Source: Squalus acanthias
Taxonomy: Eukaryota
Assembly (NCBI GenBank): GCA_030390025.1
Contig: CM059432.1
Span: forward strand, 139,750,001 to 139,814,000
Reading direction: 5' to 3'
Length of the DNA: 64,000 nt
In this document: piece by piece, positions 21,198-31,400 of the stretch
Layout of the letters: every line of letters begins with the position of its first letter
Position numbering within the stretch: position 1 is the stretch's first letter
Translations under genes and position numbers: made by a program
The notes under the pieces: model-generated
What the model saw: the letters and a program-made list of their open reading frames with translations, nothing else
Told to the model about the DNA's origin: nothing
The model's database searches: none

Positions 21198-22859
21198 AGT
21201 CTCTTTGCAAGCAAAGTAATGAAGGACAGCAACTAAAGTACTAGCGAAGTTAGGATCAATAGGCAAAACTACCTCACAAAGCGTTGAGTCAATGCAGAAG
21301 TCTCTCTTTCTCTCTCTCCGAATCTCTCTCTCTCTCTCAGAACGAGTGGTGCAAAAATGTCGACCACAGAAAAAGACAGGAAGAGGCCCCCTTTAAATAG
21401 CGCCCCCCCCAGCCCCACAGCGATTGATAGCGTTCCAGTCTTCCGGTCGTTGGATGCGCCAGGCGGTAAGGCAGGGGGCGCCACTCAATTTCCGCTCCGG
21501 GGCGTCACAAGGGCGTTGCACCATGGAATTACGTCAGAATCTGCGCGCGCAGGTGGTCGCAGCGGTAAGTTTTAGCGCCGCCGCACAATCTCTAGTTAAG
21601 TTCCCAAGCGGCGCAAACATCGCTGCGCCCGGGCGTTAGCGGCTTTGCGCCCCATTAGCGCCCTCTTAAGGCGCTAACGGGAGGCGCAACCAACTGAATT
21701 TTTACCCCTTAGACTTTGGAATCAAAAACACAATTTCTAAATTTGCGGATGATACCAAATTGGGGGATGGGGTGGTGGTGGGAATAGTCAATACTGAGGA
21801 GGACTGCAACAAATTACAAGAGGACATTAATAAATTTACAGAATGGGCAAATAATTGGCAAATGAAGTTCAGCACAGACAAATGTGAGGTGTTACATTTT
21901 GGTAGGAAGAATAGGGAGGTCACGTACCACTTGGAGGGTGCGAGTCTAGGTGGGGTAGAGGAACAAAGGGATCTCGGAGTACAAATACACAAATCACTAA
22001 AAATTGCCACACAGGTTAGCAAGGCAATTAAAAATGCAAACCAAGCACTAGGGTTTATTTCTAGAGGGATTGAATTGAAAAGTAGGGAAGTCATGCTAAC
22101 CCTGTATCGAACCTTGGTTAGACCACACTGCGTGCAGTTCTGGTCACCATATTATAAAAATGATATAGAGGCACTGGAGAGGGGGCAGAGAAGATTACAA
22201 GGATGATATCAGAAATGCAAGGGTATACATATCAGGAAAGGATGAACAGGCTGGGTCTCTTTTCTCTTGAAAAAAGAAGGCTGAGGGGTGACCTAATAGA
22301 GGTCTTTAAAATTATGAAAGGTTTTGATAGAGTGGATACAGAGAGAATGTTTCCACTTGTGGGGAAGAGCATAACTAGAGGCCATCAATATAAGATAGTC
22401 AACAAGAAATCCAATGGGGAATTCAGAAGAAACTTCTTTACCCAAAGAGTGGTGAGAATGTGGAACTCGCTACCACAGGGAGTGGTTGAAGCGAATAGTA
22501 TAGATGCATTTAAGGGGAGGCTGGACAAGCATATGAGGGAGAAGGGAATAGAGGGTTATGCTGATAGATTTAGATGAGGAAAGACGGGAGGAGGCTCGAG
22601 TGGAGCATAAACGCCGGCATGGACTGGTTGGGCCGAATGGCCTGTTTCTGTGCCGTATATCCTATATATGTAATCCTATGTAAACACTCAGCAGGTCCAG
22701 CAGCATCTGTGGAGAGAGAAACAGAGTCAATGTTTCAGGTCGATGCCCTTTCACCTGAACCAATGAATGATAATATTCCCGTCTTTTACAAGCTGAAATC
22801 GCTGGCCACAATAATAATATCAACTTTAACAACACCAGCAAGGATTATCCATCAATTAC

Positions 22860-23566
22860 GATCTTAATATTTACGGGGGGCCGGAAATAGAGTGGGGGGT
22901 GGGTGGGGAGGGGGAAGGGGTGGCGGGATGGGGGGCGGCGGGGCCTGGGGGGGGGATTTTCAGACCAGATGTGCTGACAAGATTAACCACAGGACGTCTT
23001 TTAAATGTTTTCAACAGGTTTCTCATCTGATAGCCAAATTGATTGACAGGCTGTCGGGTGGAAAGCAGCTGGGGAGCGGATGTCAGGGGGGTGATGGGGA
23101 CATTGCGGGTGGTGGAGTTGGACCTCAGGGGGGTGGCGGGGGGGGGGGGGGAAGGAGTGGGAGGGTTGTCCGATCGTGTGGAGGTTTGCTTGTTGGGCCG
23201 GGGGATGCGGGGAGTGGGGGGTTTGGAACACTCCTGCTCCTCCTGGCCCACAAGCAGTGCTGTAAAGGCACTTACCTGATGGGTCCGGCCCTTCTCTCCT
23301 CCATTTACCTGCCGGGATTCCCGAAGCCCGGGAAACACAGCCTCCGGGAGTTAAAAATAAAAATGGAGTAAAAATGCAGGTTCATTAAAAGATTTTACTG
23401 ACTGAACTGCCTCCTGAGAGCGGATTGGTCGCCCCCCCCCCCCCCCCGACCCGCCTCCATTAAAACCGGAAGTAGGCGGGCTGGAGTTGGGTTTGAGAAT
23501 TTAATTTTTTTTTACCTTTTGACCCGCCCCCCAACCCACACATCCTTGGGGGTTAAAATTCCCCCC
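22860..23566. mobile_element. G-rich MITE-like repeat; inverted homologue at about 60465-60972
   Basis: 23180-23365 is the near reverse complement of 60523-60710; right end GTTAAAATTCCCCCC resembles the other Harbinger-type TIRs. Confidence 0.65.
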
Positions 23567-23743
23567 AGTGTTTCCAGAGGAGCAATAAAGGGAGAGAGGA
23601 CCAAGCACGTTTGAATTGCACAGCGCTGATAAATGATTATTCTTTACAAAACATGCAGTGTGTGTAATCCAATGGCAAAATACAAGGAAAAAGTAGCCCC
23701 CAGCATCTTTCCGAGATATGGGAAACAATAAAGTTCGCCATCA

Positions 23744-24220
23744 GTTCACTGGATTGATTCCTGGGATGAGAGGATTGCCCTATGAGGAGAGATTGTGTAG
23801 AATGGGCCTATATTCTCTGGAATTTAGAAGAATGAGAGGTGACCTTATCGAAACATATAAAATTCTGAAGAGGGCTTGACAGGGTAGATGCTGAGAGGCT
23901 GTTTCCTTGGTTGGAGAGTCTAGAACTAGGGGGCATAGTCTCAGGATAAGGGGTTGGCCATTTAGGACTGAGATGAGAGAAATTTCTTCTCTCAGAGGGT
24001 GGTGAATCTTTGACATTCTCTCCCCAGAGGGCTGTGGATGCTCAGTCGTTGACTATATTCAAGACTGAGATCGATAAATTTTTGGGCGCTAAGAGAATCA
24101 AGGAATAGGGCGGGAAAGTGGAGTGGAGGTCGATGATCAGCCATGATCTTATTGAATGGCGGAGGAGGCTCGAGGGGCCGTATGGCCTACTCCTGCTCCT
24201 AATTCTTATGTTCTTATGTT
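23744..24220 (+). mobile_element. CR1 3' fragment
   Basis: Homologous to the other CR1 3' ends; TTCTTATG tail. Confidence 0.9.
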
Positions 24221-24702
24221 CCACCTGTCCCCCTCTCCACCTGTCCCCCTCTCCACCTGTGTTCTCATCATTGTACTTGTATCTATTAACTGTCCCATGG
24301 GATGATGTACTTTCTATGTGACTCATATAAGGAGCTTTAATAGAACCTGGCTAAATGCCCACATTTGTCTTCAATTCAAAGATGCTCGTGAAAGACTCTA
24401 AATGCTGAGCACTGGTATCTGAAGCACTTCTTCAGAATATCTTTGTTGTGAGGATCAAACCTGTCCTGTGTTACGATGGATAGATGCAGACCTGGAGGTC
24501 TACAGAGGATCATGCTCCCTTTCAAGAGAATCTCACCCAGTGATGGCAAGATTCTCACAACATCTGGAAATAACCAGATAGTAGTTTGTTCAACATACCT
24601 AGCGATTGGTGAGGCTTACTTTCCATAACAATTCCCTGCCCTAAGCCATTTTATTAACTCCTGATTAAGAAGTACACAGCTCACTAAGCATTGCTTGTAC
24701 TG

Positions 24703-25318
24703 TAAGTCCGTAAGGGTGACCCCGAGCTTCCAGTCGCCTGTCACTTTAATTCTCCGCTCCACTCCCACGCTGACCTCACTGTCCTCGGCCTCTTACACTG
24801 TTCCAATGAAGCTCAACGTAAGCTCGAAGAACAGCACCTCATCTTTCGATTAGGCACTTTACAGCCTTCTGGACTCAACATTGAGTTCAACAATTTCAGA
24901 CCATAACCCCTGCCCCAATCTTTTTTTTCCATTTTTTTTTCCCTCTCACATGGCAGCTGTCTTTCATTCTGCCAGTGCCATTTACACTTCATCTAGAGCC
25001 ATCTTTTGTTTCTTAACCTGTCCTATTACCATCTCCTTTTGCCTTGCACCATCATCCCTTTTGTCTCTTAATCTCTCCTGCCTTCCACCCTATCACAGAC
25101 CTTCCCTTTTGTTCTTTCCTCCCCTCCCCCACTTTCCCGGCCCCTACACTTGCTTAAAAACCTGTTCCATCTCCAGCTTTTTCCAGTTCTGACGAAGGGT
25201 CATCGACCTGAAACGTTAACTCTGTGTTTCTCTCTCCACAGATGCTGCTTGACCGGCTGAGTGTTTCCAGCATTTTCTGTTTTTATTTCAGATTTCCAGC
25301 ATCCGCAGTATTTTGCTT
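24703..25318 (+). mobile_element. Penelope-like element 3' fragment (GIY-YIG C-terminus plus pseudo-LTR)
   Basis: 24706-24906 translates VRKGDPELPVACHFNS..H..RKLEEQHLIFRLGTLQPSGLNIEFNNFRP*, typical of PLE endonuclease C-termini; 12-bp TSD TTGCTTGTACTG at 24691-24702 and 25319-25330. Confidence 0.88.
25185..25221 (+). ncRNA. Minimal type I hammerhead ribozyme motif
   Basis: AGTT-CTGACGA-A-GGGTC-ATC-GACCT-GAAAC-GTT-AACT: helix I AGUU/AACU, core CUGANGA and GAAA, helix II, palindromic ACGU helix III. Confidence 0.8.
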
Positions 25319-26191
25319 TTGCTTGTACTGAGATGGCCAGGATTGAATCAAATTACCGCAGAGGCAACGAAGCTTTCATGGGACACCGGAGCTGGTCTGC
25401 GTAATACAAAAATATAGTTCACATGTAATGCATTGATTTTGACAAAATCTTTTGCCGATTTTCTAGGGCTTGAGGCACTGGATGATGGGGAGTTTGTTTC
25501 TGCTAGCAATTTTGCGGCCGATCAGAAACATGACGAGAGGGATTCATGAAAGAGCTCGGGAACTCCTCTCCGTGACTGTCTCAGATTTCAACACACCTTA
25601 TCCCAACATTTACTCTTCTTGAAATGATAGGACTTAAAAAAATTATAATCGCGTCTTTTGGGTCTTAACTTAGCCGCCAAATTCATAAAAGCGTATATAG
25701 AGTTAGATAATGGGCCATAATTTTCTGTCAAAATAACGATGAGGCTAATGGCACTCTCCGTTATTTATGCGCAAATGCTACAGCCACATCAGGCAAGAGG
25801 CAGATGCGCGGTTAAATGCGGAAACGTGACGCAAGGAGCCTGTCTTGGAACCATTTTTAATTAAGCCTGGATTAGCTGTCAAGAGATTCTTTAAACAATG
25901 TGCTGCTAATTATTGCCATTGAACCTCTCTGGCACTGAAAATGAACTATTACAAGTGTAGAGTCTCATTCCTTGCCAGCAGTGGGGTCAACTGTGGTGCT
26001 TCCCAAAGCTCAATAGCCTGCATGTACTCATTGTCTAGGCTCACACCAAGAATGGTAACTTGGACAAAGTGTTGTGACCGTGGATCAGGGGAGGCGATGG
26101 GGAAAATAAATTAAAAGGAAGTTCAGTCTTCCCGAGCAGAAACTCTTCCACCCATTAAAGGCAATTAGCTTCCACCAGCTCTAAAAGTTCA

Positions 26192-27022
26192 GGGGTTGAA
26201 TTTCCACGGGGGTTCTCCCGATCTCCTGTTCTAAGTTTAGCTGAAAATCCGCGGAAACCCCAAGGAAATGGCGTAAACAGCATTTACATTCGGCCGATTA
26301 TTACCGGAGTGGGGCATCTCGCAGCGAGCCCTGTTACTCAGACTCTTTCCTGCACCCTTCAGCTCGAATACAATTTGCGGCGTGATTTGCTGGAAGTGCG
26401 TGCTGATAACGGTGCGGAGAAGGCAACCGGGCATCTGGGACCTCGGTGAACGATGTGACCAACAGTCTATCTCCTTAACCAATGAGAGTTAAGGATCAAG
26501 AAACAGCAGAGCGATGGAGAAGGACACAGGGTGAATTAGAGTCAAAACAGGTGCAGAAAGAGAAATAGAGAGGGAAAGAAAGATTGGATTAAGAGAGAAA
26601 CAAGAGACAGAAAGGAAAAGTAAGAAAAAATTGTAATTTAATTTTTTTTTTAAATCTCTAAGAAGAATTTACTACCTGCAGGAATGAGATTGAACAGTTT
26701 AAATTGTTCCCTTTCTGGGCTGGACAGGTTGACTGGTATTGCATTAACAATTATCAGGTTGTTAAAAGGGTACTTAAGCTATTAATTAGGAGCCCTAACT
26801 TTCTGCATCGAGTTTAATGGGCAACTAATGTACAAATCCAGCAAGTTCTTAAAAATAACGGGGAGGCCAAGGGCAAAGTTTGTGTGAAGCAGACGGTGGA
26901 GTGGCATAAATCGACCAGCAAGTTCTGGAGATTCGCAACTCACGGTGTGTCTCTTCATCCACTGAACTTGCTGGCTGATTTGCACATTAATAACGCTGTT
27001 ATTTTTCCAAGAACATTTGGCC
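26192..27022. mobile_element. Degenerate MITE-like repeat related to 47791-48543
   Basis: Shares CTCCTTAACCAA and GAGAGGGAAAGAAA.ATT.GATTAAGAGAGA blocks. Confidence 0.55.
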
Positions 27023-27221
27023 TACTGTATCTCGGGGGTTTCTGTAGATCTTCTGTTGAAGGTGCAGTGGATGATCGGGAGAATCCCCACCGACATTGAA
27101 CCCTTCAATGCAGTATTGGAATGCAACCTGTATGCTTAGCCAGTTGAATCTAACTTAAAGCAGGGCGGGCCTGTCTTAGCCTGTGAGATCGACAGCAGCT
27201 TTCACCAAACATGTAGCAACC

Positions 27222-27618
27222 TCTCCAGAGACTTGAGCACAAAAATCCAGGCTGACACTCCCAGTGCAGTGCTGAGGGAGCGCCGCACTGTCGGTTGTGT
27301 CGTCTTTCGGATGAGACCTTAAACCGAGGCCCCGTCTGCTCTCTCAGGTGGGCGTAAAAGGTCCCACGGCACTATTTGAAGAGCAGGGGAGTTCTCCCCG
27401 GTGTCCTGGCCAATATTTATCCCTCAATCAACATCACTAAAAAACAGATTATCTGGTCATTATCACATTGCTGTTTGTGGGAGCTTGCTGTGTGCAAATT
27501 GGCTGTTGTATTTCCTACATTACAACAGTGACTACACTTCAAAAGTACTTCATTGGCTGGAAAACGCTTTGGGGCGTCCTGAGGTTGTGAAAGGCGCGAT
27601 AGAAATGCGTGGTTTTTA
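27222..27618 (+). mobile_element. Deu-like SINE, 5'-truncated
   Basis: Homologous to 38441-38855; flanked by a 46-bp direct repeat. Confidence 0.85.
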
Positions 27619-28548
27619 AAAAAAATCTGGTCAGGCCTGCAAGATCGAGAGTGGCTTTCACCAAACACGTAGCATCCTCTTCCAACTGGGGCAGTCAAGA
27701 CTCACAGCACCAAATCATTCACTTTGCACAGCTTGTGTTGCATGAAAAAAATACTTTATAGACTTTTAACTTTTAACAGTTGCTAACAGAGGAAAAACTG
27801 TACTTGCACCATAACCAGGGTACAATCTACCGAAGCATCCTGCTACAGATGATGGGTGAAGCAGAATTGAATGTGACATCAAGTGGAACACTACGGGACA
27901 AGTGTGACAGCATAAGAACACCCTGAGGTGCTATAATGTACGCACATGACTTTACACGTTCAAAACACAGATTTGGAGGCTTTTTTTGGGGGGGGGGGGG
28001 GGGGCGGAGAGCTGACAACAAAGAATTAACATATTTAACAAAGTGTTTCACAAAATCAAACAACACACTTCTGAAAAAAATATTTACATGTTTTAATTGT
28101 CTTAGAAATGTTCAATTGAAGCAACATTGAGTTTGGACATTCATGGTGAAGCTTGGAATGTGACAGAACCATATTTGGCCATTTTGAACTGCACAACAGT
28201 GGAGATATGATAGTTTCAGTTTCAAAATGGCCAGAGAACCATTATTTTGGCAGACGATATAAAATATTGCCAATACAGAAACTTTTGAAGGAAAAAATAT
28301 TACAACTGTGCCTCACCATACACACTAGAACTAAATGACATTAGAAAAAAAGTCAAAAATTTGTTTGCCTTATCTTAAAGTCTGTTTATAATCACGGAAC
28401 ATTTATTTTCTTTATAAAAATCTATCATCGAGCATTGAGTGTTACATTTTCCAGGTCAGATTTTCTTTCAGCAAAACAGCCTCCTAAATTTTCAATTAAT
28501 CTTTTAGCTTAAATGGGGCATTTACAAACCAGTCATATCCACTGCGTA

Positions 28549-29002
28549 GATAAGAACATAAGAAATAGGAGCAGGCGTAGGCCATTCGGCCCTTCGAGCC
28601 TGCTCCGCCATTCAATAAGATCATGGCTGATCTTCTACTTCAACTCCACCTTCCTGCACTATCCCCATATCCCTGGATTCCCTTAATATCCATAAATCTA
28701 TCGCTCTCTGTCTTGAATATACTCAATGACTGAGCATCCACAGCCCTCTAGGGTAGAGAATTCCAAAGATTCACAACCCTTTGAGTGAAGAAATTTCTCT
28801 CATCTCAGTGCTTATTGGCCGACCCCTTACCTTGAGACTATATGACCCCTGGTTCTAGACTCTCCAGCCAGGGAAACATCCTCCCAGCATCTACCCTGTC
28901 AAGCCCTTAAAGAATTTTATACGTTTCAATGAGATCACTTCTCATTCTTCTAAATTCTAGGGCATATAGGCTTAGTTTCCTCAATCTCTCCTCATAGGAC
29001 AA
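28549..29002 (-). mobile_element. CR1 3' fragment
   Basis: CR1 ORF2 end plus terminal hairpin and tail. Confidence 0.9.
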
Positions 29003-31076
29003 TTGAAAATAGTCTTATAATTGATGAAAACCTGTTTTTGCAGATTGAACTGAAGCTGACCAGTTATTTATATAAGAGAGTTACGTGTCTGTGTCTTGGG
29101 GGGCTTTGTTTTCAGGTAGTGTGTCTATTATACCCATTATGGAATTGGGCATGACTTATGGTTGACTTCTCTCAAATATATCAACACTATTTTGAGTGGA
29201 CTTTCTGGTCAGGGCACAACCAATATAGGGCTTTGGCTACTGGGTCAATCCTTTGCAATAGTTCCTTTTGAAATTGTAATCAGTAAATTTGACACTAGCC
29301 ATTGAGCTAGTAAGATTCAAAAGAAATAATTTGTATAAGCCCTGTAATAGCTTTTATTCGGGCTGGTATTCGGGATTCTGTATATTGACCTTGGACACTA
29401 TTTTATTAGACCACTAGCACCTGACTGCAGATAAAGAAATCTATATAGTGCACAGCAGTAGAATGTCCATGGCGCTCTGGAGCAAATTATATGCTGGTAC
29501 TGTTATAACAACTTTTATTTAAAAGTCCAGATTTTGCATCGATCAACAAACATCCAAGGCAATGATTATTGGCTATGAATAAATAACTCTTAAAACATCA
29601 AGTGCTGTAATAAAAGAAAATAAACACAATATGCATACAAAACCAAAGTTACCAAGGCTATAGCCTCTTCGCACATGTCAACCATAACCATTTAAAGACT
29701 GACTATTATAAGGCCTTATAAGGCCAGCATCATCACTATCAGGGCAATATGAAATATTCACAGCTTTCTGCAAGATGTCAACATCACACCAATCTGAGAA
29801 TCAACTAAATACTTTGAGTAACAAAGAATCACTTTAATTCAAATACAATATAACATGGCTCTCGGGTATGTTTCATGGATAGAATGCAAATTTACTTTGC
29901 TATTTGCAAAATCCGAAAAAGTGAAAAAATAAAATCTGTAAAGACTAAAATATCTGTTGTGGAAACCACAAGATTTACATTTTTATTGCAAAAAATGCTT
30001 TCAGTAATTTCCAAACTTGTTTTCTTCCCTCTCCAATTAAGGTTTCATGAATTCAGAATGAAGAATTAAAATGTTTTCAATTATTTGGCAGTACGATTCC
30101 CTGCGTCCCCCAATGAACAAGTCAACGAAGCCAATATATTCGGTGCTCATGTCATGTGCTGTTGTACAAACCTATTGATGGGATGAACCCTCAAATTCTA
30201 GATAAATGAGCATACAATTGCAATTGTCCATTTATCCATTCACATTGCAAATTTATTTAGCTGTAATATACATTTTAGAATTTCATATCCAAACTTAAAA
30301 GCTAGAGAATAAGATGTAATGACTTCATGAAATTCCATAGGTCATCACAGGAATCATCCCAAAGAACTGCTGTAATGAATAACAAGATCCCATTTCCATG
30401 AAATGGATTTCTGTACTTCTTGACGAATCTTTTTTGCGAACATGACAAAATTTTCATGCGATTTTTATAACATACGAATAGGATCAGCGGTTTACAAAAT
30501 AGGAATGAAGCATGAAAGCAGGATAAATAAGACAGACTAATGTATTTTTTATTTTATTTACATTTCATATTATAACTTGGGAATAAAGTCAAAAAATACT
30601 GCCTTCTCTTTTAGAACATTGATGTTCATCTTTTGCTGTGCATTTAGATCCCATAACTATACAATGCCACTCAAACTGCACTATTGCCTGGAATCACATA
30701 GGCTCCAAATTCCAAAATCGAGAAATATAGAGGAGTTGCAAAAGATGTAAAGCTCCCTCACGTTTCGTTAAATACACCAACTGCTTCACCACCTCAGAAA
30801 GAACAGGTTTATAGCTCTCTCGCTCAGAGCTAAACTACTTGAAAGCTAAGAATTGATGTTCTCTCTCAGAGCATTATTACTGTAGCAAGAGGACCACCTT
30901 CTAATCTATTTCTCCTGGGTTCTGAGACTATCTATTTTAGAAGAAATAAACACTTTTATAAAAAGTACAAAGATCTTCAATTCACATACCCATGCATGTA
31001 AATGCAAGGCCAATTTGGAGGCAGGTAAGATTCTGGCAAGGCTACTCTTAACTTTTACAATATGAAGATTTCCAGC

Positions 31077-31400
31077 AGAAATAGGAGTAGGCCATACCCC
31101 TCGAGCCTGCGCCGCCATTCAATAAGATGATGGCTGATCCGCTACCGCAACACCACTTTCCCGACAATTCCCATATCCCTTGAATTCCCTTAGTGCCCAA
31201 ACATCTGTCGATCTCAGTCTTGAATATACTCAACGACTGAGCATCCACAGCCCTCTGGGGTAGAGAATTCCAAAGATTAACAACCCTCTGAGTGAAGAAA
31301 TTTCTCATCTCAGTCCTAAATGGCCGATCCCTTATCCTGACAACTGCGACCTGTAGTTCTAGACTCTTCAGCCTGGGGAAACAGCCTGAGAGCATCTATG
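31077..31400 (-). mobile_element. CR1 3' fragment
   Basis: FFTQRVVNLWNSLP plus 3'UTR. Confidence 0.88.

Larger units (their letters stand above)
17546..21708. mobile_element. Autonomous PIF/Harbinger DNA transposon, 4163 bp
   Basis: TIRs GGGGGAAAAATTAGGT / rc GGGGTAAAAATTCAGT; TTA TSD at 17543-17545 and 21709-21711; two convergent genes. Removing it restores the host CR1 RT frame (YIKDLDFGIKNTISKFADDTK). Confidence 0.96.
15491..22682 (+). mobile_element. Degenerate near-full ORF2 CR1 (15491-17545 and 21712-22682) interrupted by the Harbinger
   Basis: Endonuclease start CLYSNAHS..GITETW, GGGVA, YRPP, GDFN, SDH; RT motifs; several frameshifts and stops; 3' tail near 22660-22682. Confidence 0.92.
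15432..22760 (-). mobile_element. Old Penelope pseudo-LTR split into 15432-15490 and 22683-22760 by the CR1/Harbinger insertion
   Basis: ..AGAAGATGTTGGAAA on the left and ACACTCAGCAGGTCCAGCAGCATCTG on the right are contiguous in other pLTR copies (e.g. 34985-35025). Confidence 0.75.

Noticed and set aside
22612..22660. GCCGGCATGG resembling the start of the HDV ribozyme
   Set aside because: It is the ordinary CR1 3' terminal hairpin region; no nested double pseudoknot could be built.
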